From positions 32,001-96,000 of IMG/VR virus record IMGVR_UViG_3300020442_000011: a stretch of 64,000 nt of DNA; one strand, given 5' to 3'. Numbering within the stretch: the first letter of the stretch is position 1; the number at the start of each line of letters is the position of its first letter. Position numbers and translations under genes: made by a program. The notes under the pieces were generated by a model. It saw nothing but the letters and a program-made list of their open reading frames with translations. It made no database searches and had not been told where the DNA came from. Shown here piece by piece: positions 18,227 to 26,925 of this stretch. This stretch comes from a virus.

Positions 18227-18801
18227 TGCCTGAACTCGAACCGACGGTAGGGAGTTGGCTCGAGGAGATCAATGACGAGGCTATCCGTCAGGAGCCTCGT
18301 ATCTCCGAATACCAATTCCAACGCGAAGTACTTACCCTACTCGAAAACCCGTTTGATGCTAATCACATTGATCGGTATAGTCGTTATGTAGGTGAGTTGA
18401 CAAAACCACTCAATGTCATGAGTAACGATAACCAAGGTGTTATCCTGTTTACGGTACCACCGCTTGTTTTCCCACCACGTCCAACGATTGCTGCAACCGG
18501 CGGTGTGACTGCTGAGAACTTGTTCTACCATCTTGAACGTTCCAAAGAGATCGGTGCGCGCGATATCAACGATCGGGTGACAGAATTCATGTTATCCATC
18601 ACTGGGTTCGGTAATCTCGTTAACGACGTTATCATGCCCATTCGCGAAATTCTTGCAAAATACGGTCGTAAGATGGTATCGATCCCTGGAATTGATACAC
18701 CACTACCCAACGGCGAACAAGTAAGCCCTACAGTGAGTGGTTCTACCGAAACCCCGGTTGCCAATAACCAGAGTAGTTTTACTGATGACTACGATGATTA
18801 G
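18226..18801 (+). CDS. conserved hypothetical protein
   Basis: TAATG coupling; ILFTVPPL motif; acidic tail. Confidence 0.7.
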   Translation: MPELEPTVGSWLEEINDEAIRQEPRISEYQFQREVLTLLENPFDANHIDRYSRYVGELTKPLNVMSNDNQGVILFTVPPLVFPPRPTIAATGGVTAENLFYHLERSKEIGARDINDRVTEFMLSITGFGNLVNDVIMPIREILAKYGRKMVSIPGIDTPLPNGEQVSPTVSGSTETPVANNQSSFTDDYDD

Positions 18802-19987
18802 TCCTGAAGTAAAAACAGACGGTCCACGGTCTAGCCTTTTTACAGAGGGTAAGATTGCGGGCCGTTTTCGTTTTGTGAGCGTGGGTGATATTCATCTTAA
18901 ACACCCACGCACTCCGACATCCCTCGTTCTTAACAATTTAACTAAGTATTGTGTTAACGATGCGGTGTTTAAAAACCTGGATATTTTTTTCATTACGGGC
19001 GATCTCTTCGACTCCTTGTTAATGAATAACGATCCACGTTTATATGAAATCCATCGATGGCTAACATATCTTCTTTACAAATGCGCTGAACACGATGTTC
19101 TTTTAAGGATCGTTGAGGGGACACCATCTCACGACCGAGAGCAATCAGTCTTCTTAACAGAACAAGCTGTTAACGCCAAGATCCCTGTTGATGTTCATTA
19201 CGCCACCACGTTGTCAATTGAATACGTGGAACGCTTTGGTATTCATATTCTTTATGTTCCAGACAAATGGCGAACAGAGACAACAGAAACATTAGGAGAA
19301 GTTAAACTCCTTTTAAAAGAAAAAGGTATCGATCAGGTTGACTTTGCTGTGATGCACGGCGCTTTCGAGTATCAACTTCCAGAAATCGTCCCTGAGCCAT
19401 CCCACGATAGTGAGGAATACCATCGCCTAGTAAAATGTTTTATTCTCATTGGACACGTTCATAAGGCATCTCAGAAGGGACGTATCTTAGCGGCGGGCAG
19501 TTTCGACCGTGACGGACATGGTAACGAAGAACCCAAAGGTTATTATGATGTCACTATATTCAGCAATGATGATTATCAGATAACATTTGTTGAGAATAAA
19601 GACGCTAAGAAATATGTAGGTGTTGATTGCGTCGGTCTTGATAGTCGTGAATCACTTATCAAGATTTCCAATCTAGTCTCTACACTGCCAAAAGGTAGTG
19701 CTGTAAAAATAAAGTGTTACGCAACAGATCCTATTTTTAAAGAATACAAGGATCTTCTTGAAGCATTCCCCTATATTGAATTTACCACCGACCGTCTTCG
19801 TGATACACGTGAAGAAGCCAAGGTCATGGAAGAACTCATGACGCTGGATTTCGATGTATTTAAAGACATCACACCTGAATCACTTCCAACGCTATTGATG
19901 GAAGAAGTCAACTCACTCACGTCGGACGAAAACCAACGTCGTCGATGTCTTGAGCTAATCGAGTCGGTGAACACATCAAACGCTTGA
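18785..19987 (+). CDS. SbcD/Mre11-like metallophosphoesterase nuclease (phiKZ gp65-like)
   Basis: GDIH, TGDLFD, EGTPSHD, MHGAF and IGHVH motifs. Confidence 0.9.
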   Translation: MTTMISPEVKTDGPRSSLFTEGKIAGRFRFVSVGDIHLKHPRTPTSLVLNNLTKYCVNDAVFKNLDIFFITGDLFDSLLMNNDPRLYEIHRWLTYLLYKCAEHDVLLRIVEGTPSHDREQSVFLTEQAVNAKIPVDVHYATTLSIEYVERFGIHILYVPDKWRTETTETLGEVKLLLKEKGIDQVDFAVMHGAFEYQLPEIVPEPSHDSEEYHRLVKCFILIGHVHKASQKGRILAAGSFDRDGHGNEEPKGYYDVTIFSNDDYQITFVENKDAKKYVGVDCVGLDSRESLIKISNLVSTLPKGSAVKIKCYATDPIFKEYKDLLEAFPYIEFTTDRLRDTREEAKVMEELMTLDFDVFKDITPESLPTLLMEEVNSLTSDENQRRRCLELIESVNTSNA

Positions 19988-19994
19988 GGTAGAC

Positions 19995-20831
19995 ATGACC
20001 GCTTACGTTCGTACATTGGGTGAGTATCCTATTTCAGTGGGTACGTCATTAGCTTTAGAAGGGTTCTTTAGAAAAGAACCTAATATTCGTCAGGAACGAA
20101 TCCGTACTGCTATCACCAAGTTGTGGGTAAACCTGGAAACAGTGGTTCGTAACGCAATTGAGGCGTATCCTTCTGATGACCTCAAGACACTGCCTTTAAA
20201 TGACGTTGTGGATTCAGTGTTTGAAGATGTGGAAGCCATTCAAACAACCATCCGCGACCAGTCGGAAGGTTCAGTAGCGTTGGTTCTGTTTTATGAAGAC
20301 CCTGAAGAACGTAAATGGTTATTCCCTCATGCCCAGTGGCGCGTCCCCACAACCGAACGTAAAAAACGTATTTCTCTTTTACATGACCTAGCAACACGTC
20401 AGGTATCGGGTATGATGCTTGAGAAGAAAATGCCGTTGAACATTATCAAACGGCGCCCACCTGTATCTCACGACCATGTAGCCATACTTACTCACCATAT
20501 CCATAATTTGTTCTGGGAACGATCCTTTGGTTATTTGGTCCTTCTAGAATCCTATACAGGTGCGTTAAAGGATGCCAACTTATGGTCAGGTAAAATGAAG
20601 GGCGTTGACGTTAGAGATCAGATGCCTTTTAATCCATTAACTCTTCAAATTTTAGGTGATGGTTCTTTATTCGCCGGTGAATCACGTGTCATTCAACGTG
20701 AGTTAAAAGTTCTTGCTAGAAACGCCAACTGGACGAAGGTTACTACAAGAGAACGCATATTGAATGACATTAGTCGTCAAGGTACGCCTGTTCTAAAAGA
20801 AGCGTACAACAAACTGATGAGTCGTCATTGA
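19995..20831 (+). CDS. conserved phiKZ-like protein (gp66-like)
   Basis: GAGG SD; PISVGTSLALE, LLESYTG and PFNPLTLQILGD blocks; synteny. Confidence 0.65.
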   Translation: MTAYVRTLGEYPISVGTSLALEGFFRKEPNIRQERIRTAITKLWVNLETVVRNAIEAYPSDDLKTLPLNDVVDSVFEDVEAIQTTIRDQSEGSVALVLFYEDPEERKWLFPHAQWRVPTTERKKRISLLHDLATRQVSGMMLEKKMPLNIIKRRPPVSHDHVAILTHHIHNLFWERSFGYLVLLESYTGALKDANLWSGKMKGVDVRDQMPFNPLTLQILGDGSLFAGESRVIQRELKVLARNANWTKVTTRERILNDISRQGTPVLKEAYNKLMSRH

Positions 20832-20902
20832 GATAAATTACGCTCAACAGTAATGCTGTAGAAAGCCAATGGTCTTCCAATCCGTTTTATAAGGGTCTTA
20901 TT

Positions 20903-21643
20903 ATGAGTAATTTCAACCGGCAAGGCAACAACGCTAACCGGAAACCAATTCCGCTAACCCAGTTTGATGTTTTTAGTAACTGGCTTTATGCTGATGCTCC
21001 TGTCGCCGGTGCACAGAAACCGGGCAACTTCCGTCTTAAAGTAATTGCTAACGTCCCACGCTTTATCGTTAAGACAAACGTCCCTGATGACAAGGACAAT
21101 GGACGTATCGAATTCCAGACGGATATTCCCACGTTCATGGCTGTGATTAAACTGGTTGAGGATCTAGCTGAAGGGCGCGAAGAAGGGTCGTTCACATTGG
21201 AATATAACGACCATGTCTTCGGCGCTGGTGGACAACGCAGTGAGAAGCCAGTTACTAAGGCATCCATCAAGATCGGTAAGGACAAAGAGAGCGGCCGTAT
21301 CTATATTGCCGTGCTCGGATACAATCGCCCGAAAATCCAGTTCTTCTTCGGACCGGCTAAGCGTCACGATCTTAAAGGTGGTGATGGTTCTGTTTTGGAT
21401 GCAGGCTTTGTAAGTCGTACCTATGCACGTGCCTGTGTTAAATCGTGGTCTGAGATGGCACTCAAGCTACTCAACGATAACTTCGATAAAGATGCGAAGA
21501 ACGTTGCTAAACCACCTGCACCCCCGCAAGGTCAAGGTGGTGGCAATGGCTATCAAGGCGGTGGTAACAACCAACGTCAACAAGCTGCATCCGCACCAGC
21601 GAACGTTGAGAGTTTCGACGATTTCGGTGATGACGCGTGGTAA
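20903..21643 (+). CDS. probable ChmC nucleus-associated nucleic-acid-binding protein (gp67-like)
   Basis: beta-rich core plus G/N/Q-rich disordered tail ending FDDFGDDAW; directly upstream of the gp68-like gene. Confidence 0.65.
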   Translation: MSNFNRQGNNANRKPIPLTQFDVFSNWLYADAPVAGAQKPGNFRLKVIANVPRFIVKTNVPDDKDNGRIEFQTDIPTFMAVIKLVEDLAEGREEGSFTLEYNDHVFGAGGQRSEKPVTKASIKIGKDKESGRIYIAVLGYNRPKIQFFFGPAKRHDLKGGDGSVLDAGFVSRTYARACVKSWSEMALKLLNDNFDKDAKNVAKPPAPPQGQGGGNGYQGGGNNQRQQAASAPANVESFDDFGDDAW

Positions 21644-21659
21644 AAGAATAAACAACATA

Positions 21660-21690
21660 CAGTCGCTGTCCTTTGTCGGGACAGCGACTG
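21660..21690 (+). terminator. 12-bp hairpin abutting the start of the gp68-like gene
   Basis: CAGTCGCTGTCC-tttgtcg-GGACAGCGACTG, flanked by CATA and TTTATG. Confidence 0.6.
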
Positions 21691-21694
21691 GTTT

Positions 21695-23335
21695 ATGAGT
21701 GCTAACAAAAATAAAACCTACATCATTGACGTGTGTCCCACACCAAATGGAGTTTCACCGCAGATGCGTTTTCTCATTTCTTCTCAGTCGGGTACTGGTT
21801 TTACTGAGGTTACAACCGAACATAACGGGCGTTCTCTCACCTGGGTGGTTAAGTTTTACACTAAGGTTCAGTTGACCGATCCTTCTGAAGTGTTCATGGG
21901 GATCAACCAATACCTGGAGACATTACCTGACGAAGTTCTCGATGCAATTTTTGAAATATATGTCGAGATGAAAGAAATCCTCGAGGAAACATATGAGGGT
22001 TCTGAAATGGTTATCCCTCTCCAAACATGCATCAAGCAGCTTTATTCGATGGTGCCGATGGAGAGCATCCGGAAGTGGATTATCTTTAACTATCCGGTTT
22101 ACATCCCCGAAATTCCAGATACTTTAACAGACCGTTACATGAATCGTGATGAGACCTATATCAAAGCAGATTACTTTGATCTGGTGGTGTTCTCTTTAGC
22201 GACACGTTTCATGATCCCGGTGTGGGGTGAGTACATCACACGAGGTGGTGCTGGAAATGGTGGGGAACTTTATAAAGAATTGGATGCACTGTCGCTCGTA
22301 AGCGGCACTGAAATGATGAAGTGGCCATTGGATAATGGTACACCTGGATCTCTACCTGCTCGCGATAAACTCATGCGTTATATCGAGATCAAAGCAGAAC
22401 GTAACACAACGTCCCTGGCGGATCTCTTTGGTGGGATGAGTTGTTTTGATATTCCAGCACGGCTATTGGCGACTGTAATCTTGCGTCGTTTAACGATAGT
22501 TCCTTTAACGCCCCAAGGGTCTGATGGGGAAGGAAAGAACATCGTTGCTAACCTTCACCACTATGTCGACCAACGTTTACGTCCCAATGATAAACGTGCG
22601 GGTTCTGTTAACCCTAAGATGAAAGACAGTGAAGGTGCTGATCCTGATGATAAAACATCAGTGGCTGAACAATATAAAATTCGCCAGAAGGTCTCTGATG
22701 GTGATATCATGGCGTTTCAAGTAGAAGCGCAAAGACAGCTTCTACTAGCAACCAAAGTAGATCCCTCTTTCGATCCAGTAATCTTGGATAAAGTCAATGA
22801 ATATCGACACGAATTTGACAATATCCACCTAAGCAATCATCAGCTGACACTGGCCCAGTGGGCCTTGGCAAAAGCATATCCACCCCGTGCATTTGAAGAT
22901 GTGGATATGAAAGCTATCAATAACCTGGTGGCAACTGCTCAGGCGTTATACTGGCATTGGGGACTATATGACATTGCCATCCTGATGACGGTGGAGAAGG
23001 TTCGATTCTCAGATGAGGATAGTCCAGGCTTATCACCTCTTGCAAAACCAACTTCAAGATTTAAAAATGAAATCCTTGAAGACTTCATGCAAGCATTCCC
23101 CCACTTCTTCCCGCAGTCGGGTAAGGATGCTAAGGATGTAAAAGGTAACGTTGCTTTCATCGGCGTATCTACCGTCCTGCAGGAAATGTTCGAAGCTAGC
23201 TGGTATTATCGGGGTAACCCTGAACTTTATGCGTTATCTTCGCAGAACCCAGATAGCCGTACGATCATCGTACAAACAACAATAAGACAGACGCTACATG
23301 CAGCTGTCATGAAAATCGTCTCATTGAACCAGTAA
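21695..23335 (+). CDS. nvRNAP promoter-specificity subunit (phiKZ gp68-like)
   Basis: 546 aa; YIKADYFDL, IPVWGEYI and EQYKIRQKVSDGD blocks; synteny. Confidence 0.72.
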   Translation: MSANKNKTYIIDVCPTPNGVSPQMRFLISSQSGTGFTEVTTEHNGRSLTWVVKFYTKVQLTDPSEVFMGINQYLETLPDEVLDAIFEIYVEMKEILEETYEGSEMVIPLQTCIKQLYSMVPMESIRKWIIFNYPVYIPEIPDTLTDRYMNRDETYIKADYFDLVVFSLATRFMIPVWGEYITRGGAGNGGELYKELDALSLVSGTEMMKWPLDNGTPGSLPARDKLMRYIEIKAERNTTSLADLFGGMSCFDIPARLLATVILRRLTIVPLTPQGSDGEGKNIVANLHHYVDQRLRPNDKRAGSVNPKMKDSEGADPDDKTSVAEQYKIRQKVSDGDIMAFQVEAQRQLLLATKVDPSFDPVILDKVNEYRHEFDNIHLSNHQLTLAQWALAKAYPPRAFEDVDMKAINNLVATAQALYWHWGLYDIAILMTVEKVRFSDEDSPGLSPLAKPTSRFKNEILEDFMQAFPHFFPQSGKDAKDVKGNVAFIGVSTVLQEMFEASWYYRGNPELYALSSQNPDSRTIIVQTTIRQTLHAAVMKIVSLNQ

Positions 23336-23349
23336 TTCGGAGTATTGAC

Positions 23350-24990
23350 ATGGGTATGTTAGGACAACAGCAGCAGCCTGAAATTGAAATCGTTGAGTTT
23401 GTACTCATCGAAATGGGTACGTATCAGAATCAATATTATCGTCCATTTGAAATCAACGCTGACTACAACAACATCAACGCACTGGGTGAGGCTACCAATG
23501 GTGGTCAGGTGCTTGATATCACTAATGTCGAGCAGGTTGCTTCAAACATCATCTCACCTCAATCAAAGACTAACGGCATGAGCCAAATCCCCAATGGTTG
23601 GGCAACACGCCGGTTCTCATTTGTTATGCGGGTTATCGAGAAACCACGTTTCAGTCAGACCTCAACAGTTGAACGCATTTTCTATGGTTATACAGATGTG
23701 GCCGATCTGTCATTCGGTAAGAATGACCTTGACCCCAACATGCGTCTCTACTTCAACAGTGAGATGACAATTAACACCGACGTTCGTCCGGGGCCACAGG
23801 GTGTCATGATCCCCATGTCTCGGGTAATGAGCTCTACTCAGATCGTCTCCCCGATGGATATGGCGGGCGGTAATGCCGGTCTGTTTGGCGATTCTATTTA
23901 CCTCATTCGCCCGGAAGATGTCTTCCTCCATAACCACGATGTGTCCCAGTCGCAGATCCTACAACAAACAGGTGTGTTGGATGGCTCTGTAGAGCGGTTC
24001 TATGACACACGTGGAATGTCGACAAAAGGAGGACATTACAAACTAAACCGTCGCCAAGATAACTCCCCCTCACGTTACCTTCAGCGTTTCCTCTCTGGAT
24101 ATGACCACGGTATCCGTGAGTCTCGGGAATCTTACGATGGTGGTATTGTTGGTGACTCAATTCTGACGAGCGCGGCACAGAAAGTTAAGAACCCCGAGCT
24201 TCACCAGTTGGACTTCTTCGAAATCCTAAAAATGGACTGTGGGTATCTGGAACAAGGCTTTGTTCGTTATGGGGATCTCTGTAACGTTTTCCCAACGTTG
24301 AACAACGTCGCTGAGTTCACCATCAATGATGGGCGTTCTGTTCGTCGTCTATCTGAAGCAACTGATAGTGCTTATTGGAATGGTGGTAATTACACCTCCA
24401 TTGCGGTGTCCATGTTGGCACAGGTGGTCCCCAGTGTCATGATGGAGAACTTTATCCGTCAGATCAATTTCACGGTGACGTCTGGTAACGGGTATGGTGA
24501 ATACTTCATCGATGTGGATAAGAACTCTCTGCGGATGATGTCATCTAACTTACCTGATCAGGTTGTCCAAAGAAGCATCAGTGAATTCAAGCGTCGCATT
24601 TCCCTTGACGTTCTGAACTATGTCACCCGCTACAATCAGCTCTTCTGTCAGATCGGTATGGTGACTAACCTACAGTCTGAGAGTGTTATCGATATTGCAT
24701 TGGATAGCCACAATGTCGAGCGGTATGTTGCACCGACATTCAGTGATGGTCTCTTTACACCTGTGGCAACGAACGAAGTGGATCGTCGTAATCTCATGTG
24801 TGAATCACTTGGTTACTTGGTACGTGAAACATTCGATCATTCAGTCCAACAACCTACAATGGATTACGCGCCACAACAGAGCTTCTCGAATCCGACGCTT
24901 ACGCGAGACCATGTTGCTAACCCCTATGGGCAACAGCAACCGCAATCCAGTGGCTCCGCCTTCGCGGGTCTTCCAGACGACATCATTTAA
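23350..24990 (+). CDS. picA: PicA/Imp1 phage-nucleus protein import factor (phiKZ gp69-like)
   Basis: GTYQNQYYRPF, IPNGW.TRRFSF, YGYTD, IRPEDVF and PTFSDGLFTPV blocks; follows the gp68-like gene. Confidence 0.75.
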   Translation: MGMLGQQQQPEIEIVEFVLIEMGTYQNQYYRPFEINADYNNINALGEATNGGQVLDITNVEQVASNIISPQSKTNGMSQIPNGWATRRFSFVMRVIEKPRFSQTSTVERIFYGYTDVADLSFGKNDLDPNMRLYFNSEMTINTDVRPGPQGVMIPMSRVMSSTQIVSPMDMAGGNAGLFGDSIYLIRPEDVFLHNHDVSQSQILQQTGVLDGSVERFYDTRGMSTKGGHYKLNRRQDNSPSRYLQRFLSGYDHGIRESRESYDGGIVGDSILTSAAQKVKNPELHQLDFFEILKMDCGYLEQGFVRYGDLCNVFPTLNNVAEFTINDGRSVRRLSEATDSAYWNGGNYTSIAVSMLAQVVPSVMMENFIRQINFTVTSGNGYGEYFIDVDKNSLRMMSSNLPDQVVQRSISEFKRRISLDVLNYVTRYNQLFCQIGMVTNLQSESVIDIALDSHNVERYVAPTFSDGLFTPVATNEVDRRNLMCESLGYLVRETFDHSVQQPTMDYAPQQSFSNPTLTRDHVANPYGQQQPQSSGSAFAGLPDDII

Positions 24991-24997
24991 GTGATAG

Positions 24998-25023
24998 GAG
25001 GGACACCTTTTAGGGTGTCCCTC
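24998..25023 (+). terminator. intergenic hairpin
   Basis: GAGGGACACC-ttttag-GGTGTCCCTC. Confidence 0.55.
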
Positions 25024-25037
25024 TACTTGGAGTTTAC

Positions 25038-26441
25038 ATGAAAAACCAGCAAAAAGAAGTTATCGAGTTTTACAAGGATGTATTAGGTACGCTCAGGGTC
25101 ACGACGGATAAAGATGGTCGTGCCCATGTAGTGAATCCAGATGGCAGTCAGAACCCAGCTGTGCTTGATGACAAACCGTTGTATCTTCCTTTGGAGCGCA
25201 CGCTCGAAGGCGACATGATGGAGACAGTCCAACATTTCCATCCACTGTGCGAAGCACTCCCACGTAAGACCCCATCTCCTGTTATCACTTATATGACACG
25301 CCTTGCTCGTATGAACATTGGTGTGTACCTTAAAGTGATCCTTGAGCGGTTGATGGAGGTGGCAGCTGACCCAACACTGCATGATGAGTTACCCCCAGAA
25401 ACTACGGACTACTTCAAGAAACTTCAACATGTTGATGAGAAAGTTTACAAGAAACTTGTAAAACTCATCAATGCGGCGATCAAGAAGAATTCGTTGGTGA
25501 CTGTTTACTGTAAGCCTGGCGGTAAGTATCAGGGGGAAACAGTCACACGACTTTGTACTATTCGTTTCCCGATTATCGGGATGATCGAAGCAAACGACAC
25601 GAAGATACTGAAGTTCAGTTTCTCTTCTGAGCGGGAACGTAAGACAATCCTCGCGTTGTTCAACTACGTTCTTCCAGGTGGTTATGATCACGAAACATAC
25701 AGTGCGCCTAGTGAGTCTAAGGTGGCACCTTTCTTTGATTCGTTCATGTTGGCGTACGAGAAGGTAGTCCTCCAACTCAACGCTATCATCGACCGTCATG
25801 GTAAGTCCATGGAGTTCGGATTAGATCCGTTCCCCACAAAAGTATTCAAGAAGCTCGATCGTCTTCCTGAGTATTACAATAATTCACGTATCCCGACCTT
25901 GCCTGGTAATGAAGGCGGTAAGCGTGAAATGGAAGAGATCAAGAAGACGAACCATGCCAAGACACAGGCGCCCAATCCAAACCAAGCGCAGAGTGCACCA
26001 CCTTGGAACGATTCAGCTCCAACATCGCCTCAACAACCCCAGCAAGCTGCACCACCCGCTAACACGAGTGGTAATATCTCGATGGACGAATATCGCCGTC
26101 GGATGAGCGGGCAACAGCCTCAGCCGAACAATTGGCAACAGCCTCAGCAGCCCCAACCACACTGGCAGGCCCCGGCATATCCTCAACAGATGCCTTACCA
26201 GCAACCTCAACAGCCTCAGCAACCTCATAACCCGTTTAGTGTATTGATGCCTGGACATCACCCACAACAAATGGGTTATCCGCAATACCAGCAGCCACAA
26301 ACGCCTTTTGAAGCAGCAATGAATAATCAAATGGGTGGTTATCCCCAACAAGGGGCTGGTTATCAACCTCAGCAACCGGGTGCAGGGTATCAACAACCCC
26401 ATCCACAGAATGGTTATAACGGTGGTGGCGACATCATCTAA
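25038..26441 (+). CDS. conserved nucleus-cluster protein (gp70-like) with a long Q/P-rich tail
   Basis: FHPLCE and LPGNEG blocks; ~160-aa Q/P/G/Y low-complexity C-terminus; synteny. Confidence 0.7.
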   Translation: MKNQQKEVIEFYKDVLGTLRVTTDKDGRAHVVNPDGSQNPAVLDDKPLYLPLERTLEGDMMETVQHFHPLCEALPRKTPSPVITYMTRLARMNIGVYLKVILERLMEVAADPTLHDELPPETTDYFKKLQHVDEKVYKKLVKLINAAIKKNSLVTVYCKPGGKYQGETVTRLCTIRFPIIGMIEANDTKILKFSFSSERERKTILALFNYVLPGGYDHETYSAPSESKVAPFFDSFMLAYEKVVLQLNAIIDRHGKSMEFGLDPFPTKVFKKLDRLPEYYNNSRIPTLPGNEGGKREMEEIKKTNHAKTQAPNPNQAQSAPPWNDSAPTSPQQPQQAAPPANTSGNISMDEYRRRMSGQQPQPNNWQQPQQPQPHWQAPAYPQQMPYQQPQQPQQPHNPFSVLMPGHHPQQMGYPQYQQPQTPFEAAMNNQMGGYPQQGAGYQPQQPGAGYQQPHPQNGYNGGGDII

Positions 26442-26449
26442 AACGACAT

Positions 26450-26482
26450 AAGTAGATACCCAGCAAGGGTATCTACTTTATG
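26450..26482. terminator. bidirectional terminator
   Basis: AAGTAGATACCC-agcaa-GGGTATCTACTT, flanked by GACATA and TATG. Confidence 0.8.
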
Positions 26483-26487
26483 TTCCT

Positions 26488-26853
26488 TTAACTTCTTTTT
26501 GTCAGGTATTGTTTCTTAATCTGTTCTACCAGTAATTCGGGAGGTATCATTAACGATACTTGGTGAATACCCGAATATTCGTCGTGGAGTTCTTTACCGA
26601 AGTGTGAAGGACTATCGTAGTGATTAAGACGCATGATCAACCAGTGTTGACTTACAGGGTGTCCCAGCTTATGTAATAATCCATAGAGATCCCCTTCAAA
26701 CCGATAAAGGTCATCTGCCGACACTGCGGTTACCTGGGTGTCTGGACTCTGTCTGAGTAAAGGGAGATGTTGTTCTAATGTGACCCGGAAAAGAGGATCA
26801 AAAAAGACATTACTGCCTGGTCGCCGTATCGTTGTTTGAACGGTGAGTGCCAT
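26488..26853 (-). CDS. conserved small protein, possible LysM-like baseplate protein (T4 gp53/P2 gpX type)
   Basis: ATG 26853 with GAGG SD; GDLYGLL...HWLIMRLNHYDSP pattern. Confidence 0.55.
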   Translation of the reverse strand: MALTVQTTIRRPGSNVFFDPLFRVTLEQHLPLLRQSPDTQVTAVSADDLYRFEGDLYGLLHKLGHPVSQHWLIMRLNHYDSPSHFGKELHDEYSGIHQVSLMIPPELLVEQIKKQYLTKRS

Positions 26854-26865
26854 GTTAAAACCTCG

Positions 26866-26900
26866 AGTTATTAAATCTATATCATCAACAGGTAAGAACC
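26866..26900 (+). promoter_or_regulatory. early-type promoter of the nvRNAP beta/beta' operon
   Basis: TTAAATCTATATCAT, core at 26876-26885. Confidence 0.6.
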
Positions 26901-26925
26901 AAAACACATTAAGGAGTAGGGAAAG

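Noticed and set aside
25950-26441. CAA/CAG/CCT-rich repeats as a CRISPR array or DNA tandem repeat
   Set aside because: They are degenerate codons of a Q/P-rich protein tail, with no fixed repeat-spacer period.
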